64,000 nt of DNA from Candidatus Yanofskybacteria bacterium RIFCSPHIGHO2_01_FULL_41_26 (GCA_001794055.1 MGJB01000001.1:7457-71456); one strand, 5' to 3'; positions 9,604 through 20,272 are shown, counted from the stretch's first letter. Program-made: numbers and translations. The notes: generated by a model from the letters alone, not told the origin.

Positions 9604-10926
9604 ATGTTTCGAGAATCTTTGTTAGATAAAACTTTATATCGCATCAAGAGATTAATACCTAAATCGGTATTTAATTTTTTTGCGCCGTGTTATCATGCCG
9701 GATTAGCGCATTTGGGAAGTATTGTTTACGGCAATCCGTCAAAATCTCTGAAAGTCATAGGCGTGACTGGCACTAAAGGCAAATCGACAACTGTTTATTT
9801 GATTTCTAAAATTTTTGAAGGAGTTGGCGAGCCGATTGCGGCAATCGGCTCGCTTGGTTTTAAAATAAAGGATAAAGAGTGGCCAAATAATCTGAAAATG
9901 ACAATGCCGGGGCGGTTCAAGTTGCAGAAATTTTTTTATGAAGCCAAAAAAGCCGGATGTAAGTATGTGGTGCTGGAGGTAACTTCCGAAGGTATCAAAC
10001 AGAAGCGGCATTTGGGAATTAATTTTGATTGTGCGGTTTTTACCAATTTGCACAAAGAGCATCTTGAAAGCCACGGCTCTTTTGAGAATTATTACAAAGC
10101 CAAACAGGAACTATTTTCCAAGACAAAGAATATTCACGTTTTGAATGCTGATGACAAAAATATCGAGTTGTTTTCAAAATTTTCTTCAAAGCACACAATA
10201 TTTTATGGAACAGAAAGCGGGGATATGAGAGCTCAAAATTTGGATTTGAAATCGGATGGGGCCTCGTTTGATGTTTATGGAATTAAATTTAATATCAATT
10301 TCGGAGGCAAGTTCAATGTTTTAAATTGTCTGGCGGCTCTATCTACTGCCGCTATGTACGGAATAGACCTTCCAAACACAAGGACGGTCCTCGGGGAAAT
10401 AAAAAGTATCCCGGGAAGGATGGAATTCTTGCAGAAAGAACCATTTAGGGTGGTAGTGGATTATGCCCATACTCCCGATTCGCTTGAAGTTGTTTATAAA
10501 ACCTTGAAAGATGAACTTACTAGGTCCGACCTTGATGCTGGCCATCGGCTTATTTGTGTGCTTGGCGCCGCCGGAGGAGGAAGAGACAAATGGAAAAGGC
10601 CGGAATTTGGAAGAATTGCCAGTGAGTATTGCGATGAAATAATTTTGACCGATGAAGACCCATATGATGAAATTCCAGAAAAAATCATCGAAGAAATTTT
10701 TTCTGGAATTTCATCGAGTTCAAAGTTAAAAAGTTTAAAAGTTCATAAAGTCCTGGACCGAAAAGAAGCCATCAGAACTGCCTTGACAAAAGTCGGTCGA
10801 GGTGATACTGTTGTTATCACAGGAAAAGGCTCGGAGATTTCTATGGCCGTGGCCGGGGGAAAGAAAATTCCCTGGTCCGACAAGGAAATTGTCCGAGAAG
10901 TTCTTCGACAACAAGGAGGTCGGTAA
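9604..10926 (+). CDS. murE: UDP-MurNAc-tripeptide ligase MurE
   Basis: GVTGTKGKST, EVTS, VDYAHTPD and GRDKWKRP. Confidence 0.92.
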   Translation: MFRESLLDKTLYRIKRLIPKSVFNFFAPCYHAGLAHLGSIVYGNPSKSLKVIGVTGTKGKSTTVYLISKIFEGVGEPIAAIGSLGFKIKDKEWPNNLKMTMPGRFKLQKFFYEAKKAGCKYVVLEVTSEGIKQKRHLGINFDCAVFTNLHKEHLESHGSFENYYKAKQELFSKTKNIHVLNADDKNIELFSKFSSKHTIFYGTESGDMRAQNLDLKSDGASFDVYGIKFNINFGGKFNVLNCLAALSTAAMYGIDLPNTRTVLGEIKSIPGRMEFLQKEPFRVVVDYAHTPDSLEVVYKTLKDELTRSDLDAGHRLICVLGAAGGGRDKWKRPEFGRIASEYCDEIILTDEDPYDEIPEKIIEEIFSGISSSSKLKSLKVHKVLDRKEAIRTALTKVGRGDTVVITGKGSEISMAVAGGKKIPWSDKEIVREVLRQQGGR

Positions 10927-11318
10927 TGACATTTGTAATCGTTGTTTGGTTGCTTGGAATGACCGTGTTTGCTATCGGTATCGCATTGTTGGTCAATAAA
11001 GAAAATTTTGGTTTCCTTCCCCTATCTTTTGGTCTGGTCCTTGTTTTTTTGGTTACTTTTGTGGGTGTGCCAGAGGAATTTCCGAGCGGTCTGCCAAGGA
11101 AAGGGTCGGCCCTGTCTCCTGGTAAGTACTACAAAGTGGCCTCTGTATATGTGGCCGGACAAAACGTTTATGTCGGAGTTGAGAGGAATGTTAACAATCA
11201 TGAACGCCTCCTCTTGTATCAATTTCCAAGAGTGGCTTTTGATGATTACATCAATATCGATTCCAAAAGACTTGTAATCGTTGAAGCAAACGGCTTCAAG
11301 AAACCGGTTTTGAAGTGA
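10926..11318 (+). CDS. Hypothetical membrane protein
   Basis: Two N-terminal TM segments; SD AAGGAGG. Confidence 0.6.
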   Translation: MTFVIVVWLLGMTVFAIGIALLVNKENFGFLPLSFGLVLVFLVTFVGVPEEFPSGLPRKGSALSPGKYYKVASVYVAGQNVYVGVERNVNNHERLLLYQFPRVAFDDYINIDSKRLVIVEANGFKKPVLK

Positions 11319-11347
11319 TATTGTGCAGGCATCGCCTGCTTTTTTAA

Positions 11348-12016
11348 TTGCTTGCCAATTTAAATAAACCGGTATATTATTTCCCTAATAGCTCATTGAC
11401 ACAAAGGTTCCATTTGGCACTTCCCAGAGGAAGAGGTAAGGCTGAACTCCACAGGCTCTATAGCGATCAACTCCGAAACTTTAATCTACATCATCTAATA
11501 CCTTCCAGCCGAGGTGGAGAAACTAACGAGTTTAACCTTTTTCCATATAAACTAAAATCCCATAGAGCTTACCATGCTCTTTTTCTGAATATGACCATTT
11601 GGGAAGTTTGGGAAAGAGTCGAAGAAATTTACGAAGAAATATTTAACACCAATGAGGAAAAAATTAGCCGGCAATGGATTAATGTCTGCCGGTTGAAAAA
11701 AGACACAGGATTAGATGTCCAGATTAACAGGATTTTTGGGGTTGAATATCTGCAGGAAAAGTGGATTATCGCTTTTGGAGGCCAAGACATCAGGCAAGCT
11801 CAAAGACTTTTGAAATACATGATGCTTTTTATAATTTTCGGCTCTCACATGGCGGATACGAATTATCTTTTTGACAACGGCCATTTAGCGGAATTTTTTG
11901 AAAAATCTCCTGCTGACGAGAATCGACTCAGGGCGTTTAATATTTGTTTTGGTGAATCTGCCGATTGGCAGAGGATAAAGGCAAAAGTTTCCAAGATTCG
12001 ACGCCAACTTCCTTGA
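11348..12016 (+). CDS. Hypothetical protein with HNH-like motif
   Basis: LHHLIPSSRGG...NL...H...H; start codon uncertain. Confidence 0.55.
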   Translation: MLANLNKPVYYFPNSSLTQRFHLALPRGRGKAELHRLYSDQLRNFNLHHLIPSSRGGETNEFNLFPYKLKSHRAYHALFLNMTIWEVWERVEEIYEEIFNTNEEKISRQWINVCRLKKDTGLDVQINRIFGVEYLQEKWIIAFGGQDIRQAQRLLKYMMLFIIFGSHMADTNYLFDNGHLAEFFEKSPADENRLRAFNICFGESADWQRIKAKVSKIRRQLP

Positions 12017-12053
12017 TCGGAAGTTTTTTAATTGTTAAGATTAAATTAGATGT

Positions 12054-12524
12054 ATGACAGATTTTGAACCACAACTTGTTGTTGCAAAGAAGAAAGAAAA
12101 AAAACTGCCGGCTATCAACGGTCCGGGACTTTTTTGGATGCTCATTGTCTTAACCCTTGTCCTTTTTGGCCTTGCTGTAAGCATGCTGGGCAGAATTCAA
12201 AATCCCAATGTCGGATTGCCGACGCCTACCGAAACCCTTCCTACCGAAATCAAACCCTCAAGAATATATACGGTCTCGTATAAAAGCGGCGTGTTTAGTC
12301 CGACCAATTTAAGGATTCATGCCGGCGATACGGTAAGGTTCAAAAACGAAAGCATCTTTCCGATAAGAATAATTTCCGGTCCGGATAGCAGTTTGGTTGG
12401 TTTTGACAGTATAGGTGATATTCCCCAGGGGAGCTACTTTTCTTTTACTTTTGCGGCAAAGGGTATCTTTGATTATCACGGCGACAGGAATATAAAAGAA
12501 ACCGGAACTATAATAGTCCGGTAG
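12054..12524 (+). CDS. Membrane-anchored cupredoxin-like protein
   Basis: FSPTNLRIHAGDTVRFKN...FSFTF...G.FDYH...GTIIV; the copper Cys ligand is absent. Confidence 0.75.
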   Translation: MTDFEPQLVVAKKKEKKLPAINGPGLFWMLIVLTLVLFGLAVSMLGRIQNPNVGLPTPTETLPTEIKPSRIYTVSYKSGVFSPTNLRIHAGDTVRFKNESIFPIRIISGPDSSLVGFDSIGDIPQGSYFSFTFAAKGIFDYHGDRNIKETGTIIVR

Positions 12525-12545
12525 GCTCACTGTAAAAACAATCCG

Positions 12546-12827
12546 ATGAGTAGAAACCTGTTAACATTGCAAATTGAATCACGTCTTGGCGCATTTTACA
12601 TCTCTTTGCTCGGACTTTTTTTTGTTGGTTTGATGTTTATAGCTCTGAAGAATTTTGAATCTGACTCGATTGTTTTGGATTCTCAAAGCACTCAAGTCAG
12701 AACCATCTCTTCTACGGAAAGAGATTTGATAAACAACTGGATTTTAGAAAATCAGGTCGAGATTCCAAAAGACAAGGGATATAGGTACATAATTCAGCAA
12801 TATCCTGCTAAACCATGGTTCAAATAA
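12546..12827 (+). CDS. Hypothetical single-TM protein
   Basis: 93-aa ORF with operon-like spacing. Confidence 0.6.
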   Translation: MSRNLLTLQIESRLGAFYISLLGLFFVGLMFIALKNFESDSIVLDSQSTQVRTISSTERDLINNWILENQVEIPKDKGYRYIIQQYPAKPWFK

Positions 12828-12828
12828 C

Positions 12829-13662
12829 ATGAAATTTAAAATAGACCTCTATATAAAAGAATTTATATTATTCGGCACGACGCTGCTGGTGGGTATTTTT
12901 TCAGCTTACCAGATTGTTAATTCAACTGCATCGACAGTAGTTCCAAAGATAAAATTTGGCTGGGAAGATGCTGTTTTTTTGGCGATTTTAGCGATATTTT
13001 TTATATTTTTTTCAAAATATCAAAAAGTGGCCAGTTTTTCTTTTAAACTATTTTTGGTTTTGATCGTTTTTTCCGGCACTAGTGTGGTCGCGGGTACGTT
13101 ATCAAGTTTGCCTTGGGATTTTTGGGTTACTATTTTTATCGTAGCCATTTTTGTTTTGATTAAGAATGTTCTCGTCCACAATGTCGGGATAATTTTGGCA
13201 ATAGCCGGTATCGGGTCTTTATTGGGCTTGGCTATTTCCCCCGGAACGGCAATTATAGTAATGGTGGCGTTGTCTTTTTACGATATTATCGCCGTCTATG
13301 TTACGAAACATATGGTAAGCATGGCTAAAAACATGATAGAATCGGGCGCGATTTTCGGATTTATAATTCCTTCACAAATGAACGGATTTTTCTTTCACAA
13401 GCGGGAAGCTCAAAATCAAGTCGCAGCCGGAGGTCAGTTTATGATTCTAGGTTCGGGCGATATCGGTTTGCCTGTTGTTCTAGCAAGTTCAGTGGCCGGA
13501 TATTCCCTTGACAGTGCGATAATCGTGGCGGTATTTTCTTTAGCCGGATTGTTTATTACCCATCTTATTTTTGTGAATCAAAAAGAGAGAAAAGCGATGG
13601 CGGCATTACCTCCGATTGCGACGATGGCTATAATTGGGTATTTAGTAGCGATATTTTTATGA
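12829..13662 (+). CDS. Presenilin/SPP-like intramembrane aspartyl protease
   Basis: YD motif (FYDIIAVY), GxGD (LGSGD) and PAL-like ALPP. Confidence 0.85.
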   Translation: MKFKIDLYIKEFILFGTTLLVGIFSAYQIVNSTASTVVPKIKFGWEDAVFLAILAIFFIFFSKYQKVASFSFKLFLVLIVFSGTSVVAGTLSSLPWDFWVTIFIVAIFVLIKNVLVHNVGIILAIAGIGSLLGLAISPGTAIIVMVALSFYDIIAVYVTKHMVSMAKNMIESGAIFGFIIPSQMNGFFFHKREAQNQVAAGGQFMILGSGDIGLPVVLASSVAGYSLDSAIIVAVFSLAGLFITHLIFVNQKERKAMAALPPIATMAIIGYLVAIFL

Positions 13663-15029
13663 AAATAACTTTCTACGGAGGAGCAAAAACAGTTACAGGA
13701 GCAAATTATTTGCTTGATGCGGGGGACGTTAAAATTTTAGTGGATTGCGGTTTGAATCAAGGCTCCAAATATTCGGAAGACATGAATTATGAAAAATTTG
13801 CCTACAATCCGGCACAAATAAAATTTGTATTCATAACTCATAGCCATACCGATCACATCGGCCGTCTTCCAAAATTGTTCAGGGAGGGTTTTACTGGAAA
13901 AGTTTATGCTTCCAAACCGACTTTAGATATGATCAGGAAGGCTTTGCCTGATAACTTAAAAATAATAACCGAAGAAGCCAAGAGAGAGGGCAGGGAACCC
14001 TTATTTGAATTAAAAGATTTGGACGGAGTCATGGAGTTAGCTGAAGGTTTTAATTATGAAGTTCCAATAGATCTCGATGGTGGAATGAAGGCCATTCTGC
14101 ATGACGCAGGCCACATATTGGGTTCGTCAATTGTAGAAATACAATTTCCGAGCCTAATTCAAAATTCAGGGAAGATTTATTTCACCGGGGACCTTGGCAA
14201 TCCACCGACTCCTTTGCTTCAGCCGCCATTTTTTCCCAAAGATGCCGATTACATAGTGGTAGAATCAGCTTACGGTTCAAGAATTCACGAAGATCGCGCG
14301 TCCAGAAAAATAATGCTGGAGAATGTCATTAAAGAAACCATGGTTAAAGGGGGAACCCTGATGATGCCTTCATTTGCCATGGAAAGAACGCAGGAACTTT
14401 TATACGAACTGAATCAGCTTATAAATCATAACCAGATACCTCGCGTTCCAATCTATGTCGATTCGCCTTTAGCCACCCACCTTACCGAGGTTTACCGGAA
14501 GTATCCGAACTATTTCAATAAAACCGCCCACCATGTCATTGAATCGGGCGATGACATATTTAATTTCCCGGGCCTGACGTTCACTCGCACAGTTGATGAA
14601 TCAAAAGCCATCAATAACGTGAAGGGGCCCAAAATAATAATTGCCGGTTCGGGAATGTCCATGGGGGGAAGAATTTTACATCACGAAATGAGATATTTGC
14701 CCGATCCCAATTCGGCTATTTTGTTTGTGGGCTATCAGGTTATGGGTTCATTGGGGCGCCGAATCTTGGACGGCGAAAAAGAAGTCAAAATATTTGGCGA
14801 GAAAATTGCCGTGAATTGCCAGATACGGGCAATCGGCGGTTATTCAGCCCATGCCGACCAGGCCATGCTACTTAAATGGATAGAAAGCGCCGGATCAGAC
14901 GGTAAACTCAAAAAAGTTTTTGTGGTTCAAGGAGAAGAGGATTCATCTATAATTTTGGCCGAAAAGGTCAAAACAGATTTGAATATTGACGCCGTTGTAC
15001 CCTCGCAAGGGGAGAGTTTTGAATTGTAG
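13659..15029 (+). CDS. MBL-fold beta-CASP ribonuclease
   Basis: THSHTDH, AGHILGS, GGRILHH and YSAHAD. Confidence 0.93.
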   Translation: MKITFYGGAKTVTGANYLLDAGDVKILVDCGLNQGSKYSEDMNYEKFAYNPAQIKFVFITHSHTDHIGRLPKLFREGFTGKVYASKPTLDMIRKALPDNLKIITEEAKREGREPLFELKDLDGVMELAEGFNYEVPIDLDGGMKAILHDAGHILGSSIVEIQFPSLIQNSGKIYFTGDLGNPPTPLLQPPFFPKDADYIVVESAYGSRIHEDRASRKIMLENVIKETMVKGGTLMMPSFAMERTQELLYELNQLINHNQIPRVPIYVDSPLATHLTEVYRKYPNYFNKTAHHVIESGDDIFNFPGLTFTRTVDESKAINNVKGPKIIIAGSGMSMGGRILHHEMRYLPDPNSAILFVGYQVMGSLGRRILDGEKEVKIFGEKIAVNCQIRAIGGYSAHADQAMLLKWIESAGSDGKLKKVFVVQGEEDSSIILAEKVKTDLNIDAVVPSQGESFEL

Positions 15030-15065
15030 CTTCTCGCTCCTGCCTGATCATTTTTCAGACTTGCT

Positions 15066-15103
15066 CCCCAGCCACATACCCCCCGACTCGACCGATAGTC
15101 CTC
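15066..15103. repeat. Family B, truncated copy
   Basis: CCCCAGCCACATACCCCCCGACTCGACCGATAGTCCTC. Confidence 0.85.
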
Positions 15104-15113
15104 AGTTTCAAAA

Positions 15114-15221
15114 GCTCAACCCTAACCCATTCTCGGGCACGGCATAAATTCTTGCTAGAATTTTGCCTCGTACTCGTTCCAGTCGAACTCCGTAAGTCCC
15201 TCTAATGGGTTAGGGTTTCGC
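15114..15221 (-). repeat. Structured intergenic repeat family C, copy 1
   Basis: Near-identical reverse complement of 63121-63228; terminal stem AACCCTAACCCATT/AATGGGTTAGGGTT. Confidence 0.9.
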
Positions 15222-15263
15222 TTTTTAGTTTTAAGTATGTGGCTGAGACCTTAAATATCGTAA

Positions 15264-15369
15264 GCGAACGCCTTATTCCAAAGAAGAACGTTCGGAGGCT
15301 ACCCCGGGCCGAGATAGAGCAAAAACCCAGCAGGGTTTTATGCGGTCTGATTTGGGATGAGGCGTTCGC
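15264..15369 (+). repeat. Family A, copy 2
   Basis: Conserved core; 19-bp closing stem with two G-U pairs. Confidence 0.93.
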
Positions 15370-15508
15370 GATTAAACAGCCATAAAAGATAGGGTGATTT
15401 GACATTATTGTTTGATAAGTGTATAATGTAAATACGAGTTCAGGTTTTGTCTGGATACAGAAGCGCCAGACGAAACCCGTTAATAAAGCTTCTGAAGGAG
15501 AAAGACCA

Positions 15509-15907
15509 ATGGGGACATGGATTTTGATGGGACTCGTGGGGGTCCTCGGCGTGATTGTCGGCAGTTTGGTTCGGCGGTCAAACGCTGCCGAAATCAAACC
15601 GTTCGGGCTGGAAGCGTTCGAGGCCCACGGTCTTGGACGGGCATCCAGCGATGTCCTGAAGGCCGTCGTGGCGACCATCAGTTTTCTCGGCCATCCGTTC
15701 ACGGTGGTTGAGGAAGCTGCAGAGGCGAGGGTCTCTGCGGCAGCCAATTCGACAAGAACCTTCGCCCAGATTGAGGACAATCTGGACGAAATTCGAGATT
15801 TGGAGGCCAGGAACATCAGTCTCGAGGCTCGAGCAAGGCTTGCCGACGCTCGTGCGAGCGATCTGGCGGCTCTCGTCGCGCAGGTCAGCTCGGTCGTCGG
15901 TAGCTAG
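15509..15907 (+). CDS. GC-rich hypothetical protein (TM plus coiled coil)
   Basis: SD AAGGAG, upstream TTGACA/TATAAT promoter and downstream GAGGGG..CCCCTC-T-run terminator. Confidence 0.7.
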   Translation: MGTWILMGLVGVLGVIVGSLVRRSNAAEIKPFGLEAFEAHGLGRASSDVLKAVVATISFLGHPFTVVEEAAEARVSAAANSTRTFAQIEDNLDEIRDLEARNISLEARARLADARASDLAALVAQVSSVVGS

Positions 15908-15983
15908 CCGGTGTCGTCGTGGAGGGGAAGGGGGCAATGGTGTCCCACCCCTCTTTTTTTGATTCTTAAAAGTCCGAGTCTCT

Positions 15984-16125
15984 CTTCCCCAGCCACATAC
16001 CCCCGACTCGACCGATAGTCCTCGGCTTCCTGCGAGCCTCGGCTGTCTTCATGCTCAGCCCCTCACCAAGCACCAAGCTTCGGGGCCTGCGCAAGTTCTC
16101 CCTGGGAGTATGTGGGCTTGGGAAG
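15984..16125. repeat. Family B, copy 3
   Basis: Full copy with terminal stem CTTCCCCAGCCACATAC/GTATGTGGGCTTGGGAAG. Confidence 0.9.
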
Positions 16126-16198
16126 CTTTTAATTTTTTAAAATAGCATAAAAATTTTGGAATTGTTGACAAGTTTTATGTGGCTGATATTATTTATCT

Positions 16199-16420
16199 AT
16201 GACTTTTAAACCTAAACAACTCGATCCTGAAGCTGTCAAAATATTCAGCGAAACAGAAGTTGGCACACTTCTTGAAAGTATTGATGATAAGCTGGGTTTA
16301 ATTTTGGAAAACCAGGATGGAATACGCGACGATGTTAAAACATTAAAGAACGACTACAGACACATAGACGATCGAGTTAGTAAAACAGAAATCAGATTGG
16401 ATGTAATCGAGGCAAGATAA
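16199..16420 (+). CDS. Small coiled-coil hypothetical protein
   Basis: 73 aa with heptad pattern; own promoter and terminator. Confidence 0.65.
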   Translation: MTFKPKQLDPEAVKIFSETEVGTLLESIDDKLGLILENQDGIRDDVKTLKNDYRHIDDRVSKTEIRLDVIEAR

Positions 16421-16563
16421 ATCTCTAGATATTTCATGAGCATGTTAACGGCCCAAAAAGCCGGTTTTTGTTTTGTCTTAAACTTTGCTTGACTTTACAA
16501 TAAAGCCATGTTAATGTCTTGGCCGGTAGTCAGTTCGTAAACAACAAAAGGAGAAGACAACAG

Positions 16564-17034
16564 ATGTATCTATTTGCGGCATTGATCAGTGCGGTTGTCG
16601 GTGCTTTTCCACTCATGTTGGCTAGGAAGCCGGCTACTGCTATCGGGCAGTGTGTCGTGGCATTCTTTTCCAATTGGTGGCTGTTCTACGGTTTAACCAT
16701 TTCGACGGCCTATCCGCTTTTCGGAGTGGTTGGTTTCGTGACACTGATTTGGTGGTTGGTTGCGGCGACTTTTGCGTCAATCAACACAAACTCTTGGAGA
16801 AAAGAAAGCAATTCTTTTCCGTGGGCTTGGGTTTTTCCAGTAATCGGCATGGTATCCTACGTCTTCATTAGTATTGGCACTTCTGAAATGTTTCGATCGA
16901 ACGACTATGCGTCAATGCTCGGAGAAGTCGAGGAGCGGTTTTGGACGCAAGACATTCAGCCCAAAGACCCGGCTCACATGCGGATGGGCACATACGAGAA
17001 TGCCATCTATCGCGGCAAGGCAATTCAATTGTCG
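16564..17034 (+). pseudogene. N-terminal fragment of a membrane protein interrupted by an IS
   Basis: GC-richer ORF runs into the left TIR at 17035; similar composition resumes after 18728. Confidence 0.7.
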
Positions 17035-17185
17035 GTGTCCGTTTCATTCTGGGTGCTTTTCTTCTCTTTTTCTTATCTTAAAATCTTCTCTTTAATCTTT
17101 TGGCAAATTTTCGCAAAAATTGACATATAATTAAAGCCGTGCTATCATAAGGCACGGTTTTAGTTTGTTCAAAGGAGACCAGAAA

Positions 17186-17455
17186 ATGCTAACGGCATGC
17201 TTTCAAAAAATAGTTAACGCTTGCGATTCTTTTCTTAATCTAATGGAGTCGCTGTTTTACCTTTGTTTTTATTTTGTAGGTGTACCCTCTGCCATTGCAC
17301 TATCTCTTGTTGTTGGGGGTTGGAATTTAAAGGCATCCACGATAATGTTTTCTGTCTTTCTTGGTTTATACATTCCTTTTCTTGTAACCTTATTCGGAAA
17401 TATTCTGCTGGTAAAGCGTAGAGTTCATTCAAAAAGAGAATCAAATGCCAATTAA
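17186..17455 (+). CDS. Passenger small membrane protein
   Basis: SD AAAGGAGA; two TM segments; TTGACA promoter. Confidence 0.55.
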   Translation: MLTACFQKIVNACDSFLNLMESLFYLCFYFVGVPSAIALSLVVGGWNLKASTIMFSVFLGLYIPFLVTLFGNILLVKRRVHSKRESNAN

Positions 17456-17636
17456 GATTGACTGCGAGGCTTTCCAGGGGAAATTTATATTTAGATATGA
17501 AGACGGACGGAAAAAACTTACCCCTGATGAATTAGATAGTCTTCAAAATCACTACAAAGAATGTGGTCATTGTAAAGCAATAGCAGGTGAAAAAGGTTTA
17601 GACCTGTCAAAGTATAGAGAGGCACCAAAGTTTTAA
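17445..17636 (+). CDS. Passenger small protein with HxxxCxxC (anti-sigma zinc-finger-like) motif
   Basis: C...HYKECGHC; overlaps the upstream ORF. Confidence 0.55.
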   Translation: MPIKIDCEAFQGKFIFRYEDGRKKLTPDELDSLQNHYKECGHCKAIAGEKGLDLSKYREAPKF

Positions 17637-17715
17637 CCCAATACAATGCGAGATGATCTCGCATTTTTTCTTACCAACTTCTAAAAAAAGTTTTAGACGC
17701 ATGTCCCCCAAAGCC

Positions 17716-18639
17716 CTATTGGGCTTTTCTTTTTATCCCCAAAATCTCTGGAAACTCAACATCTTTTTTCAAGGCAACTTCTAATGGGCATTTCCCATTA
17801 AGATGTTTGAATGGCTCCTCACAATCAGTAAAAGATTTGGTTCTTCTCCTTATCATCCAAGCATTTAGCCATCTTTCAGCCGAGTGGAAACCCTGGAAGC
17901 CTTTAACGCTTTTTAATCTGGCTTGTAGGTGAGAATTGTAGCTCTCAATGATATTGGTCGTATTAGGGCATTGCTGTCTAAACTGAGCATTAAAAGCCCC
18001 CTTTAACTCGTAGAAGAAATCATGATATTTTTCCTCGGTTCTAATTCTGAGCATTTGTCTTAAAATCTCAAAGTAATGGTTATGGCATAATTGTATCGGA
18101 ACTGTCGGATAAATCTGTTTTAGAGCTGGTTTTAAAGCACCGGATGTCATCGGCTATCACAATCTGAAGAGGATAGCGGACAGTATGAAGCAAATTAAAG
18201 AATTTATTGAAAGCCCATTCATTTTCACTGGGAGCTAAAACACCGACTGGTATATCGTGGCTTAGATAATCAATGCCGTAGATAAAAGGTATTTTCTTAT
18301 CATAGCCCTTAACTTTTACATATTTCCCATCAACAACTAATCTACCTGACCACCGATTACAGTATTCTCTTGATAGCCAAGTATTTTCTGGCAACTTATT
18401 CATTTCGTCTTCTACTTGTCTAAAAACTCTGGCTGGAGATGTGCTATACTGGTCAGCCAGTTTTCTGAATGGAACTCCGTCAATATGCGGTATCCAAAAG
18501 ATTGGTTTTACTCTGTGGTCTATTGAAAAAGAATGCTTTTGTTTCTTACAGAAAAATCTTTTTAATCCTTTTCTACTTCCTTTCTTAATTGTTTTATTAC
18601 TGCCGCAGACTGGGCATTTTGGGTTCTTTTTTTAGTCAT
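17716..18639 (-). pseudogene. Frameshifted DDE transposase (N-terminal Zn ribbon; IS1/IS256/ISH6-like catalytic motifs)
   Basis: CPVC Zn ribbon, VDGKY, IADD, QLCHNH and TTNIIESYNSHL across more than one frame. Confidence 0.8.
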
Positions 18640-18728
18640 AATACCCAATTTAACATGTTAATTGAGAATGTAATCCTTTACAGATAGCAAAATTGGGTGC
18701 TTGATAGCACCCAATTTGAAACGGTCTC

Positions 18729-19314
18729 GTTGTACAACGTATTAGGCTTGCCGACTGCCGTTGTGCCGCTCCTTAACAGTCAGCACGCGTTCCAGGGTGT
18801 AGCGATGGTTCCCATCAACGACTTCCAATTGTTTGCCGTCGGGACCAACGCACACGAATCCCAGCGCGCTTACGAGAAAATGCTTTCGGAGCGTGACCAG
18901 AGAGTGGCCATTGAAGCCAAGAGGGATATTCAGCATATTGAAGGCGTCGTAGCTCGTGCCAGCAGCGAGACGCTCCAGGCAGGGACGACGTACTATCTCT
19001 ATCTGGAAAACGTTCCGCATCTGTTCACGGCCGGTCCCGGCCTTTCAAGCAAGCTCATCGTGACCAGGCCGGGAGACAAGGTCAAGATCGGGTTCTACGC
19101 ATCAGACAAGGACGTGGTCCCGATGTCGGAGTTTGATAATTTGTCCCTCCCGCTTTCCAAAAGCGTTTTGCAGGGAAAAGTCGAATCTTCTGCGACCGAA
19201 CATCGATCTCAAGAAGAAGCGACAGAGGATGCCAAAACCGTTCTGGAGCGAATGAAGAACTTGACTCCCAAGGAACTTCAGGAGCTTGGCAAGAAAGTTC
19301 CGCCGAAAAAGTAA
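18729..19314 (+). pseudogene. C-terminal fragment of the IS-interrupted membrane protein
   Basis: Frame open immediately after the right TIR; the predicted start lies inside the IS end. Confidence 0.65.
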
Positions 19315-19394
19315 TTCAAACTAAGCCCGGCATTTGCCGGCAACCCCGCATCTCGCTGGGCCTTTTATTTATTTAAAGTTTAAAAAATTGGAGA

Positions 19395-19496
19395 GCGAGG
19401 CCTTGTCTCAAAGAAGAACGTTCGGAGGCCGACGGGCCGAGATAGAACAAAAACTCAGCAGAGTTTTATGTGGTCTGATTTGGGATAAGGCCGAGT
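19395..19496 (+). repeat. Family A, copy 3
   Basis: Core with compensated hairpin AAAACTC-AGCA-GAGTTTT. Confidence 0.92.
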
Positions 19497-19539
19497 GACA
19501 GGTTGTGTGAACCATTAAAATTAGTTATTATAAAAATAT

Positions 19540-20259
19540 ATGACCAATGAAAAAGGCAAAATGAATTTACCGGCTTCTAAGCTTCCACAAGTTGGGGAGC
19601 CAGAAAAAGGAGATTTCAGGGCTTCTCTTCATTGGAGGGTCTTGAGGATCATGTCGGAACTCATTGAGGGCTGGCAGTTTTTGGCTGATTTTAAAAAAAC
19701 AGTTACTTTTTTCGGTTCGGCTCGTTTTAAGGAAGGCAACAAATGGTATGAGGAAGCAAGAAAATTGGGAACCATGTTTGTAAAAGAGGGTTTTTCAGTT
19801 GTTACCGGTGGCGGTCCCGGGATTATGGAAGCAGGAAACAGGGGAGCAATTGAGGGCAACGGAGAATCTGTCGGGATCAATATTCAGTTGGCGACGGAAC
19901 AAAGAATCAATCCCTATGTAAGGAAAAGCACCGGCTTTCATTATTTTTTCGTTCGAAAATTAATGCTTTCCTATGCTGCCAGGGCCTATGTTTTTTTCCC
20001 GGGAGGACTTGGCACGCTTGATGAAGTTTTTGAAATTTTGACGTTGATTCAGACCAAAAAGATTTCAGATAAAATACCGGTTGTATTGGTTGGCAAAGAA
20101 TTTTGGAGCCCGATACACTCATGGCTTCATGAAGAAATTTTTGGTAAGATGCATGCCGTTGACAAAGAGGATTTGAATTTATATACAATTGTTGACACCG
20201 CTGAAGAGGCTTTTGAAATAGTGAAAAACGCCCCTCCGCGGGAAGAGTTCTACTATTGA
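19540..20259 (+). CDS. LOG family (TIGR00730-like) Rossmann-fold protein
   Basis: FGSAR, TGGGPGIMEA and FPGGLGTLDE. Confidence 0.92.
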   Translation: MTNEKGKMNLPASKLPQVGEPEKGDFRASLHWRVLRIMSELIEGWQFLADFKKTVTFFGSARFKEGNKWYEEARKLGTMFVKEGFSVVTGGGPGIMEAGNRGAIEGNGESVGINIQLATEQRINPYVRKSTGFHYFFVRKLMLSYAARAYVFFPGGLGTLDEVFEILTLIQTKKISDKIPVVLVGKEFWSPIHSWLHEEIFGKMHAVDKEDLNLYTIVDTAEEAFEIVKNAPPREEFYY

Positions 20260-20272
20260 TTTTGGATAAGTT

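Larger units (their letters stand above)
17035..18728 (-). mobile_element. Degenerate IS with 23-bp imperfect TIRs, a DDE transposase pseudogene and two passenger ORFs
   Basis: Left GTGTCCGTTTCATTCTGGGTGCT (17035-57) versus reverse complement of right AGCACCCAATTTGAAACGGTCTC (18706-28). Confidence 0.8.
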
